Below, piece after piece: positions 55,321 to 64,000 of a stretch of DNA of 64,000 bases. The DNA is taken from the NCBI GenBank assembly GCA_014729395.1, contig WJJZ01000010.1, positions 156,544 to 220,543 on the forward strand, read 5' to 3'. A model generated the notes under the pieces. That model was not told the origin of the DNA, did no database searches, and was given only the letters and a program-made list of their open reading frames with translations. Position 1 is the first letter of the stretch, and the number at the start of each line of letters is the position of its first letter. Both the position numbers and the translations under genes were made by a program. The stretch is from Candidatus Magasanikiibacteriota bacterium. Its GTDB lineage: Bacteria > Patescibacteriota > Patescibacteriia > Magasanikbacterales > UBA922.

Positions 55321-55342
55321 TGCTATGTAATAATAATTATAT

Positions 55343-55744
55343 TCAATACAAACCGTGATCATTAAAAAACTTAGTATATTTTTTATCTATTTTTAAAATG
55401 TGGTTGATCCACCAGTCTGCCAAAAAATCGTCAACTTCTTTATAAATACCAGGTTCACCGGCCCTTTCTATAAGATCTCCGATCTTTGCTCTAAAACCAT
55501 TGTGTATTTTAATATGCATTTTCTCCTCCGGATAACCATATTTTTTAAAATCCTCTTCTTCGGCCGCCAAATGATAATCAATATATTTATTTAATTCCGA
55601 TAAAAGTTTATCCAGCATCTTATTTTTTTCCTGACTCCTTAAAAGATCTCCATATTGTCCAATCAAAGCAAAAATTTTCTTATGATGAAAATCAAACTCC
55701 TCTACCCCAACGCTATATTTTTTTAGCCAGACTATATTGGCCAT
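55343..55744 (-). CDS. Hemerythrin-like (bacteriohemerythrin) metal-binding protein
   Basis: W..YSVGVEEFDFHHKKIF start and the H...HxxxE...H...HxxxxD spacing of the HHE cation-binding family. Confidence 0.7.
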   Translation of the reverse strand: MANIVWLKKYSVGVEEFDFHHKKIFALIGQYGDLLRSQEKNKMLDKLLSELNKYIDYHLAAEEEDFKKYGYPEEKMHIKIHNGFRAKIGDLIERAGEPGIYKEVDDFLADWWINHILKIDKKYTKFFNDHGLY

Positions 55745-55746
55745 AC

Positions 55747-57645
55747 TTATACATTTAAAATAGTAAAATAAAAAGTAGTACCCTTACCTTTTTTACTTTC
55801 ATACCAAATTTTTCCACCATGACCTTTAATAATTATTTTACTGATCACCAAACCCAATCCCGTGCCGATATTCTTTTTGGCGTAGGCATTTCTAGCTCGA
55901 TAAAATTTATCAAATATAAAAGGCTTGTCTTTATTAGCTATACCAATCCCCTGATCTGCAATTTCAAATTGAATATAGTTATCCACTTTACCGGCACTAA
56001 TAATAATTTCGCCCCGATCATTGGAATATTCAATCGCATTGTCAATCAAATTATCCAGAATAACTTTAAATCTCCCCAAATCTACATTGATAATTATTTT
56101 GGAAGGAACATCAACCTGCACCTTTAATTTTTTGCTTTTTATCTCATCTTCAAATGATCCGATCATTTCTTCTGTTAATTTTCTGGCATTGACCTTCTCA
56201 AGGTTGGTAGCCAAATAATTATCACTTAACTCAATATATTGTAAAAAGTCATTCATAATAGCAAGTACCTGTTTGTTGCCTCTTGATATTTCTTCAATAT
56301 ATGGCATGAATTTCTTTTTATTTTTGGCTCTTGACATTTCTTCTGTAAGTAAATCCGTATAAGTACGGACCACGGTGGCCGGTGTCCGAAGTTGATGTGA
56401 AGCCGAAGCAATAAACTCATATTTTTCCCGATCGCGCACACGTATATTAGTAATAAGCTCATTCATTTTTTTGGCAAATTCACCGAACTCATCTCTGCTT
56501 GTCACCGGTATGGAAATATCATAACGACCCAAATTTAAATATTCAACGGATTTGGATATTTGCTTGATTGGTCTTAATAAACGAAGACTAAGCAACAAAA
56601 ATATCAAAAACATCATTAACATAAAGACACCGCTTTGCAATAACAAACGATCTCTGGTGTCTAAATATCCGGAAAAATAAGTATTATAATCTTCTTCAAT
56701 TGCCAATACCCAATACCTCTCAGGTTCGGTTATGCTGTAATTAAATCTATAATAAAAACCAACTGGACTTCGTTTATCATATTTACTATCACGCACAAAT
56801 TTGGATGTCTTAAAATAATCATCAAAATAGTCAGGATCGTCTTTAATACCATGCCAGCGAATATCAAGCCCCAGAGACTTTCCCCACTCTTTACTCACGT
56901 CAGTCGGATGAAAAATAAAATAACCGTCTTGGTCCATCAGGTATGTGTGTTCATATGGACTCAATCTAATAAAATCCAAAATTTTATCGGCAAATACATT
57001 AATTACAACAACCCCCTGAATCCGGTCTGCTGAATCAATAATTGGCGTAGCAAATCTTATAACCGGCTTATACGGCATCTCAACCTCAGCTTCTTCAACA
57101 TTAAGATCGAGCTCGGATACATACACCTCACCTTTGTTTAAATTAATGGATTTTTGAAAATAATATCGATCTGACTTGCTCTGCAATTCTTCTTCACCAA
57201 AAATATATGGTCTGGTATCCCTGTCGTCTCTACCGACTCGTACCACCTCATCACCCTGTTTGTCAATTAATCTAGCTTGCATAAAATCTTCCTCATTGTC
57301 CACAAATGCAAAAAAGATCTTTTCGATTTTCTCCAAATCTTCATTTAGTTTCGCTTCCAACTCGGGCTGCAATTCACTATCAATATTTTTCTCCAAATTT
57401 TCTTTAATTTTCGCAAACTCTTTTACTTCATCAAAACTGGTAAGGAGGAGGGCTTCATTCTTATAATTATTCAGTTTATTTTTTATCTCTTGTTCAATCG
57501 TCGTAAAATAATTTATAGCGATCCTTTCATTATATTCATCAAACAAACCTCTTGTGGTAGTAAAGATATAATAATATACGAAAAAAACCACTGTTGCTAC
57601 CACAAAAGCAATTATAAGTAACTTAAATTTTATTCCCATCCTCAT
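55747..57645 (-). CDS. Sensor histidine kinase with periplasmic sensor domain
   Basis: Two TM helices flanking an extracytoplasmic domain; H-box ASASHQLRTPATV; N, G1 (DQGIGI), G2 (GTGLGLVISK) boxes. Confidence 0.85.
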   Translation of the reverse strand: MRMGIKFKLLIIAFVVATVVFFVYYYIFTTTRGLFDEYNERIAINYFTTIEQEIKNKLNNYKNEALLLTSFDEVKEFAKIKENLEKNIDSELQPELEAKLNEDLEKIEKIFFAFVDNEEDFMQARLIDKQGDEVVRVGRDDRDTRPYIFGEEELQSKSDRYYFQKSINLNKGEVYVSELDLNVEEAEVEMPYKPVIRFATPIIDSADRIQGVVVINVFADKILDFIRLSPYEHTYLMDQDGYFIFHPTDVSKEWGKSLGLDIRWHGIKDDPDYFDDYFKTSKFVRDSKYDKRSPVGFYYRFNYSITEPERYWVLAIEEDYNTYFSGYLDTRDRLLLQSGVFMLMMFLIFLLLSLRLLRPIKQISKSVEYLNLGRYDISIPVTSRDEFGEFAKKMNELITNIRVRDREKYEFIASASHQLRTPATVVRTYTDLLTEEMSRAKNKKKFMPYIEEISRGNKQVLAIMNDFLQYIELSDNYLATNLEKVNARKLTEEMIGSFEDEIKSKKLKVQVDVPSKIIINVDLGRFKVILDNLIDNAIEYSNDRGEIIISAGKVDNYIQFEIADQGIGIANKDKPFIFDKFYRARNAYAKKNIGTGLGLVISKIIIKGHGGKIWYESKKGKGTTFYFTILNV

Positions 57646-57752
57646 ATTTTAATATTATAGCATAAAACCCGGCTGGTTTTAATAATCCTCATTTTGATAT
57701 AGATAAAATTTAAAATTGAATAAAAAAAATCATTCTGCTAGAATAAAACAAT

Positions 57753-58781
57753 ATGAAAATTCTAGGAATTGAAACATCTTGCGACGATACAGGAGCCGCT
57801 TTAGTAGAAGCTACTGATGATGGCTTTGTTGTGTTATCGGAAAAAACGGCTAGCCAAATAGAAGTACATAAAAAATACGGTGGTGTTGTACCCGAAATTG
57901 CCGGGAGACAGCACGCGGAAAATATTTTGCCGGTAATTGAAGCGGTTCTTAAAAACCAAGAAAAACCTGACGTTATCGCCGTCACTGCCGGCCCAGGCCT
58001 TATGACAGGACTCCTGATTGGCGTAGAAGCTGCTAAAACCCTCTCCTACTTATGGGAAGTACCCCTTGTTGCAATTAATCATATTGAAGGTCATATTCAC
58101 TCAGTGTTAATTGGAGATCAGAAACCGAAGTTTAGTTTTCCCGCCCTATGCTTGACTGTAAGCGGCGGCCACACTAAATTAATTTTAATAAACGATTTTG
58201 GTGATTATACAAAAATCGGTGAAACACGAGATGATGCCGCCGGAGAATGTTTTGATAAAGTCGGTAAACTTATCGGACTTGATTATCCCGGTGGTCCGAA
58301 AATTTCCAAACTTGCGGAATCGGGCAATCCTGACGCTATTGATTTCCCCCGTCCCATGATTAATGAAGGTAATTTTGATTTTAGTTTCTCCGGCCTCAAA
58401 ACCGCTGCCCTCTACTGGTTACAAGAAAATACGGAAATAAAAACTGCGAAATGTGAACTGTCGGCTGTGAACCGAAAAGATTTCTGCGCCTCCTTTGAGC
58501 AAGCTATAGTCGATGTCCTGGTTACCAAAACCATAAAAGCCGCTAAAAAATATAAACCAAAAACAATCATTCTGGCCGGTGGTGTCAGCGCTAACAAAAA
58601 ATTAAGAGAAACCGTACAGGAAGCAAGCAAGACTGTGAACTGTGAACTATTGCCTGCAAACCCAAAGTACTCAATGGATAACGCCGCCATGATTGCCGCA
58701 GCGGCTTATCACCACGCCTTAAAAAAAGACTTTATTTGCTGGAAAAATATAGAAGCTAATCCGAATTGGAAGTTGACTTAA
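57753..58781 (+). CDS. tsaD: tRNA N6-adenosine threonylcarbamoyltransferase TsaD (Kae1/YgjD)
   Basis: MKILGIETSCDDTGAALVE start; HIEGHI metal-site motif; GGVSAN. Confidence 0.9.
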   Translation: MKILGIETSCDDTGAALVEATDDGFVVLSEKTASQIEVHKKYGGVVPEIAGRQHAENILPVIEAVLKNQEKPDVIAVTAGPGLMTGLLIGVEAAKTLSYLWEVPLVAINHIEGHIHSVLIGDQKPKFSFPALCLTVSGGHTKLILINDFGDYTKIGETRDDAAGECFDKVGKLIGLDYPGGPKISKLAESGNPDAIDFPRPMINEGNFDFSFSGLKTAALYWLQENTEIKTAKCELSAVNRKDFCASFEQAIVDVLVTKTIKAAKKYKPKTIILAGGVSANKKLRETVQEASKTVNCELLPANPKYSMDNAAMIAAAAYHHALKKDFICWKNIEANPNWKLT

Positions 58782-58870
58782 TACAATAAATACTATAGAC
58801 TATTCAAAAAATCGTACATTTACATTAACCCTCAGGTCGAACAGACCTGTTTTTTAAAAAGGAATTTGTC

Positions 58871-59512
58871 ATGAGTAAAATACCTCTAATCATCAGTGCC
58901 GGTGGTACCGCCTCCGGAAAAACCACTCTGGTAGAGGCCGTTGTTAAAATGCTGGGCCCGGAAAAATGTACAGTAATTTGTCAGGATTGGTACTACAGAG
59001 ACCATCCCGAAAAAACCGCTGAAGAATTAAGTCAACTCAATTATGATCATCCCGGCGCATTTGAAGAATCTTTACTGGTAGATCAGATAAAAGCCCTCAT
59101 ACAAAATAAAATCGTTTTTACTCCTCGTTATGACTTCCGTACCCATCGTAGAAAACCACAAAGAGTGGAGACTGCTCCGGCGCAAGTTATTATTCTCGAG
59201 GGTATACTAGCTCTCACAATAAAAGAGTTGGTTGATCTGGCTACCTTTAAAATCTTTGTGGAAACTGATGACAGTATTCGCCTCCTGCGCCGCATGGAGA
59301 GAGACATGGCCGAACGAGGTCGTACATTCGAACAAGTAAAGCAACAATGGGTTGAGACGGTTCAACCAATGTATTTACAATTCTGCTTTCCATCAAGGCG
59401 TTTTGCAGACATTACCGTCCACCACGGGGGTAAGAATCCAATTGTCCTCCAGATGCTTCAAAAATTATTTGGAGAAATGGCGACCAATGGTCTTCGAACC
59501 ATGGTTGCATAA
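58871..59512 (+). CDS. udk: Uridine kinase (PRK/uridine kinase family)
   Basis: P-loop SAGGTASGKTT, DxYY... lid region; 213 aa. Confidence 0.75.
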   Translation: MSKIPLIISAGGTASGKTTLVEAVVKMLGPEKCTVICQDWYYRDHPEKTAEELSQLNYDHPGAFEESLLVDQIKALIQNKIVFTPRYDFRTHRRKPQRVETAPAQVIILEGILALTIKELVDLATFKIFVETDDSIRLLRRMERDMAERGRTFEQVKQQWVETVQPMYLQFCFPSRRFADITVHHGGKNPIVLQMLQKLFGEMATNGLRTMVA

Positions 59513-59626
59513 ATCCTTATAATCCTCGAAAAAAATCGAGGATTTTATTTTTGACTTTAATCAATGATTGATATACAATTCAGACAAGTTTCGTTCATTA
59601 ACAGAACAAAAACTAGGAGGTGCACG

Positions 59627-60589
59627 ATGGACAACGATCTTATCATTTTTTCCGGCAGCTCGCATGAAAAATTTGCGGAAGCTGTCGCCGCAAAACTCTT
59701 CAAAAAACTCGGCGAGAGGACAACAACGAAATTTAGTAATGAAAACATCATGATTCAAGTGCGTGAAAATGTACGTGAAAAAGATGTTTTTGTCATCCAA
59801 ACCAGCTGCCCTCCGGTGCATGAAAATTTCATGGAGCTTCTTATCTTTATTGATGCGCTCAAACATGCCTCTGCCAGCCGCATCACAGCCGTACTGCCAT
59901 ATATGCCTTATGTCCGCTCGGACAAAAAAGATCAACCGAGAATATCAATTACGGCCAGGTTAGTGGCCGACCTGTTGGAGACAGCGGGAGCTGATAGAGT
60001 CCTCACAATGGACCTCCATTCCCACCAGGTTCAGGGATTCTTCCGCATCCCGGTTGACCAACTGCGTGCTGTCAATACGCTTTGTGAAAAATTGAGACAA
60101 CTGGACTTGAATCAGGATAACGCCGTATTAATTGCAGCCGATGCCGGCGAAGCCAAACACATCGGCGCTTTTGCCAACCGTCTCGATCTGCCTTTTGCTA
60201 TCATTGACAAAAGACGTACTGGCAACGACGAAAAGCCGAAAGCGGTTGGCATTGTAGGTGACGTGAAAGATAAAATATGTGCCATTATCGATGACGAGAT
60301 CGCTTCCGGCGGTACTCTCATCCAGGCTACCAACTTTTTACTGAACCAGGGGGCCAATAAAGTTATGGCAGCGGTAACACATGGTGTGTTCAGTGGTTCG
60401 GCGTGTGGCCGAATTAAAGAATCAGCCATCTCAAAGGTCATAGCCACTGATACCATACCCGCCTGTAACCCACTTCCTGACAAAATCGAATACATTACCG
60501 TGACTGATTTATTTGCGGAGGCAATAAAACGTATCCACACCGGTGAATCAATATCCCATATCTTTCAGAGAGGATGGGATACAAGATAA
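59627..60589 (+). CDS. prs: Ribose-phosphate pyrophosphokinase (PRPP synthetase)
   Basis: SD AGGAGG upstream of ATG 59627; N-terminal IIFSGSSHEKFAEAVAAKL; PRPP-binding loop DDEIASGGTL. Confidence 0.9.
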   Translation: MDNDLIIFSGSSHEKFAEAVAAKLFKKLGERTTTKFSNENIMIQVRENVREKDVFVIQTSCPPVHENFMELLIFIDALKHASASRITAVLPYMPYVRSDKKDQPRISITARLVADLLETAGADRVLTMDLHSHQVQGFFRIPVDQLRAVNTLCEKLRQLDLNQDNAVLIAADAGEAKHIGAFANRLDLPFAIIDKRRTGNDEKPKAVGIVGDVKDKICAIIDDEIASGGTLIQATNFLLNQGANKVMAAVTHGVFSGSACGRIKESAISKVIATDTIPACNPLPDKIEYITVTDLFAEAIKRIHTGESISHIFQRGWDTR

Positions 60590-60605
60590 TTAACGGGATA
60601 CAAAC

Positions 60606-60637
60606 CAAAAACCTGCTCGGAAACGGCAGGTTTTTTT
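60606..60637. terminator. Bidirectional rho-independent terminator between prs and dnaE
   Basis: A5-CCTGC-TCGGAAACG-GCAGG-T7. Confidence 0.65.
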
Positions 60638-60651
60638 AATATAATTAACAA

Positions 60652-63600
60652 TTAACTATTTACTTCCACCCTGCCTTTCCCTACCACCTCATCTATTTTT
60701 CCTAAAATTTCATCGTTCCAATCTATCAAAGATTTGGTACGGATTATGTTTCCTTCAACATTTATAAAAACTTGATAATCTCCGGCCGAGCTTTCCATTA
60801 TCCGCTTAAGCTCATCCATATTCTTTTTTAACTCATCTTTGCTTAAATTTATTACCACACTTTTTTCTTTTTTTTGTTCACTCCTACTGCTTTCATGATT
60901 ACCAAGAGAAAGCTGTCGGGCAAGTGTTTCGGCATTGTCTTTTGTGAGGACAAAAGCTTTTTCCACAAAGACTTTATTATCCCCCTGTTCTTTTGGGGTT
61001 TTACCAACCACGCACACAATGTTCTTCTCAACCCAAATATCTTTGGTAGTTTCATATGTTTTTGGGAAAATCAATAACTCAAATGAACCGGTGACATCTT
61101 CCAGAGTCGCAAACATCATTATACTCCCCTTTTTTGTAATTTTTTTGGTCGCTTTGGCAATTACCCCGCCGATTATCACCCATTCATCACGCTTATAATC
61201 TTCCAATTCTCTAAGTTCGGTTAGAGTTCCTCTCATGACTTTTTGGAAATAATCAAATGGATGGGCGGTTACATAAATTCCCAGTAAATCTTTTTCCCAG
61301 TTTATTTTTTGATCCAAGCTGGCCGGGGCGGCTTCTATTAAAGTTACTTGATTGCCAATCTCAATAGCTGTACCGGAAAACAAAGAATCTTGGTTTGAAA
61401 CGGCTCTTTCTTTGATACTCTTGGAATAAAATAAAATATTTTCAATATTTTTAAGCAAAACTCCTCTGTCGTGTCCAAAACAATCCATGGCTCCGGCCTG
61501 GATTAGGCTTTCCAAAGATTTTTTGTTCAAATCTTTGTCTTGAATTCTTTCCAAAAAATTCTCCAAACTTTCATATTGGCCACTGTCTTTTCGCTCGCGA
61601 TAAATCACCTCGCAAATATGAGAACCAACATTTTTTATAGCATTCAAACCAAAGCGAATTCTCCCTTCTTCGCCCTGTTTTGATACCATGGCAAAATTTC
61701 TAAAACTTTCATTAACATCCGGCGGTAAAACTTTTATCCCCATACGCTCGCATTCATGAACAATGGCTGATACTTTATCGGCATCCCCAAACTCGGCTTG
61801 GAGTACGGCTGTCATAAACTGCACCGGAAAATGCGCTTTCATATAAGCTGTCTGATAAGCAACAATGCCGTAGCTGGCCGCATGAGCTTTGTTGAAACCA
61901 TAGGCGGCAAACGGTTCAATCGCACGCCACAATTCATCAATAGTTTGCTTTTTAAGCTTGCCTACTTTTTCGCATCCGTCATAAAATTTTATTTTCTGCT
62001 TTGCCATTTCTTCGGGAATTTTCTTTCCCATCGCTTTTCTAAATTTATCAGCTTCCATCCAGTCGTAACCGGCCAATTCTATGGCGGTCAACATAACATC
62101 ATCTTGGTAAACCAGCAGTCCATAAGAAGCATCCAAAATTTTCTCCAATCTTGGGTCGAGATAACTAATAGTCTCTGGATTGTATTTTCTTTTAATGTAT
62201 TCCGGAATGGATTCCATTGGTCCGGGACGGTACAAAGCTACCATGGCCATAATATCTTCAATCCGGTTTGGTTTTAACTCTTTTACCCAGCGAGTCATGC
62301 CGGATCCGGAAAGCTGAAAAACTCCCATGGTTTCTCCTCGAGCCAACTTTTCAAAAGTTAATTCATCATCAAGAGGTAAATTATAGATATCCACTTTTTT
62401 ATTGGCTGTTTTTTCTACAATCTCAACTGCATTTCCCAAAATAGCCAAATTCCTAATTCCCAAAAAGTCATTTTTCAAAACTCCGGCCGCTTCAACCGAT
62501 TTCATTTCATATTGAGTGGTTATTTTATCTCCCCCGGACTCTCGTTGGACCGGAGTAAAATCAGTTAGTGGGGTTGGCGAAATTACTACACCGGCAGCAT
62601 GAATTGAAGTGTGGCGAGCGCAACCTTCCACTTGCTGAGCCAAATCCAATAGTCGCTTAACTTCTTCGTTTGTGTCATAAAGTTTTTTCAAATCCGGCTC
62701 TTCTCCCAAGGCTCTCTCAATTGTCATCGGAAAACCTTGAGCTCCGGGTGGAATAAGTTTGGCCACCTGATCACAAAAACTATAAGAATAGCCCAAAGTC
62801 CGACCCACGTCCCTCACACTGGCCCGAGCGGCCATAGTTCCAAAGGTAATAATTTGCGCCACTTTGTCTTCTCCGTATTTTTCTGTTACATACTCAATCA
62901 TTTCTTCGCGACGATCGTCAGCAAAGTCCGTATCAATATCAGGCGGACTGGGTCTAAATGGATTTAAAAATCTTTCAAACGGCAACTTGAATCTAATTGG
63001 ATCAACCGTAGTGATTCCCAAAACAAATGAAACAACCGAGCCGGCGGCCGAACCTCTGGTTGATTCCACTATGCCGTTACTTTTGGCAAAACGAACATAG
63101 TCGGCCACACAAATAAAATAAGGCGAATAACCTTTTTTCCTAATAATTCCAAGTTCATACTCAATCCTCTCCTTTATTTCATCAGTTAGTGGATCATAAA
63201 AATTTGGCGCATATTTATATGTTTCATCACGCAAAAATTCATCAGCATTTTTCCCGGGTGGCAGATCAACCGGAGCAAAATGCCACTTGTCTAACTCAAT
63301 TTCAATATTGATTCTATCGGCAATCTTACCGGTATTTTCAATCGCCTCCGGAACATGACGAAACCTGGAAATTATGTCTTCGGCAGTATTCAATGATCTG
63401 TCTACCTGGCGATAATCTTCTCTGTCATGATTATCCACTTTCCAACCCTCGCTAATACAACGCAAGACGTCTTGTGCTTCGGCTTGATTTGTTTCCATAT
63501 AATGCACGTCTCTTGTTACAACCAGTGGTAATCCTGTGTCCTTTGATAATTGAATAAGTTTTGTGTTCACATCCAGTTGGCCGGCAATAGCCGGATGATC

Positions 63601-64000
63601 CTGGAGTTCCAGATAAAAATTATCTTCTCCAAAAATTTCTTTATATTCAAGTGCAGCTTTTTTAGCCTGGTCGTCCTTACCCTCTTTTAATAAAGTCGGC
63701 ACCTCCCCTTTTATACAGCCTGACAAAGCGATTATATTTTTACCATATTCTTTCAATAACTCTTTATCTATTCTGGGCTTATCATTAAAAAAGCCTTCCA
63801 GGTGACCCAAAGAAGACAATTTCATCAAATTTTTATAGCCTTTATAATTTTCTGCCAAGAGTACCAAATGATACAGTTCTTTATCTTTTTCCAAATCTTT
63901 ATCATGACGGCTGCGAGGAGCAACATAAGCCTCAAAGCCTATAATCGGTTTCATTTCTTCGGCCATACATGCCTTGTAGAATTCAATCGCTCCATACATT
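60652..64000 (-). CDS. dnaE: DNA polymerase III alpha subunit (DnaE), N-terminus truncated by the window edge
   Basis: PHP domain, polymerase core (GxGSAAGS, catalytic region), OB fold at the C-terminus; the frame is open to base 64000. Confidence 0.9.
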   Translation of the reverse strand, partial: MYGAIEFYKACMAEEMKPIIGFEAYVAPRSRHDKDLEKDKELYHLVLLAENYKGYKNLMKLSSLGHLEGFFNDKPRIDKELLKEYGKNIIALSGCIKGEVPTLLKEGKDDQAKKAALEYKEIFGEDNFYLELQDHPAIAGQLDVNTKLIQLSKDTGLPLVVTRDVHYMETNQAEAQDVLRCISEGWKVDNHDREDYRQVDRSLNTAEDIISRFRHVPEAIENTGKIADRINIEIELDKWHFAPVDLPPGKNADEFLRDETYKYAPNFYDPLTDEIKERIEYELGIIRKKGYSPYFICVADYVRFAKSNGIVESTRGSAAGSVVSFVLGITTVDPIRFKLPFERFLNPFRPSPPDIDTDFADDRREEMIEYVTEKYGEDKVAQIITFGTMAARASVRDVGRTLGYSYSFCDQVAKLIPPGAQGFPMTIERALGEEPDLKKLYDTNEEVKRLLDLAQQVEGCARHTSIHAAGVVISPTPLTDFTPVQRESGGDKITTQYEMKSVEAAGVLKNDFLGIRNLAILGNAVEIVEKTANKKVDIYNLPLDDELTFEKLARGETMGVFQLSGSGMTRWVKELKPNRIEDIMAMVALYRPGPMESIPEYIKRKYNPETISYLDPRLEKILDASYGLLVYQDDVMLTAIELAGYDWMEADKFRKAMGKKIPEEMAKQKIKFYDGCEKVGKLKKQTIDELWRAIEPFAAYGFNKAHAASYGIVAYQTAYMKAHFPVQFMTAVLQAEFGDADKVSAIVHECERMGIKVLPPDVNESFRNFAMVSKQGEEGRIRFGLNAIKNVGSHICEVIYRERKDSGQYESLENFLERIQDKDLNKKSLESLIQAGAMDCFGHDRGVLLKNIENILFYSKSIKERAVSNQDSLFSGTAIEIGNQVTLIEAAPASLDQKINWEKDLLGIYVTAHPFDYFQKVMRGTLTELRELEDYKRDEWVIIGGVIAKATKKITKKGSIMMFATLEDVTGSFELLIFPKTYETTKDIWVEKNIVCVVGKTPKEQGDNKVFVEKAFVLTKDNAETLARQLSLGNHESSRSEQKKEKSVVINLSKDELKKNMDELKRIMESSAGDYQVFINVEGNIIRTKSLIDWNDEILGKIDEVVGKGRVEVNS

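Overview
The window reads as a low-GC (roughly 33-36%), gene-dense bacterial chromosome segment, mostly on the minus strand. The short proteins, a eukaryote-like alpha2 GlyRS, many small hypothetical membrane proteins and abundant GIY-YIG/tRNA oddities are compatible with a Patescibacteria/CPR-like or other uncultivated low-GC lineage; that placement is inference only. Recognisable genes: a type IV pilus module (PilC fragment, PilB ATPase, CheY-like regulator); an ECF sigma factor translationally coupled to a 1856-aa membrane-anchored alpha-2-macroglobulin-like protein that carries an embedded Hint (mini-intein-like) domain; EamA transporter, glycosyltransferases (GT-B-like, GT4, GT2); a rhodanese-msrB-msrA operon; a PQQ-type sugar dehydrogenase; a cell-wall cluster (amidase_2, a frameshifted Ig-like/C39 peptidase, acyltransferase_3, M14-like peptidase); MscS, Fpg, TPR protein, TpiA, M16 peptidase; GlyRS with a probable glycine T-box leader; a RAYT/IS200-like HUH transposase; Dtd, RRF, HolB, MreB; acylphosphatase, a TsaB fragment; rplJ-rplL; hemerythrin plus a sensor kinase; TsaD, Udk, Prs; a 5'-truncated DnaE. 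Six tRNAs are present (Val-TAC, Trp-CCA, Thr-GGT, Tyr-GTA, Thr-TGT, Glu-TTC). Four of them carry partial self-duplications: a GIY-YIG gene sits between tRNA-Trp and a hairpin-containing pseudo-copy; conserved about 48-nt structured leader elements follow the duplicated 5' ends of tRNA-Val and tRNA-Thr; a 160-nt structured insert plus a 19-nt 3'-end repeat follows tRNA-Glu. Several perfect GC-rich palindromes occur (inside the RAYT gene, in a MITE-like element, UUCG-type hairpins), and a roughly 60% GC cysteine-rich mini-gene island is the only strongly foreign-looking segment. No CRISPR array was seen.
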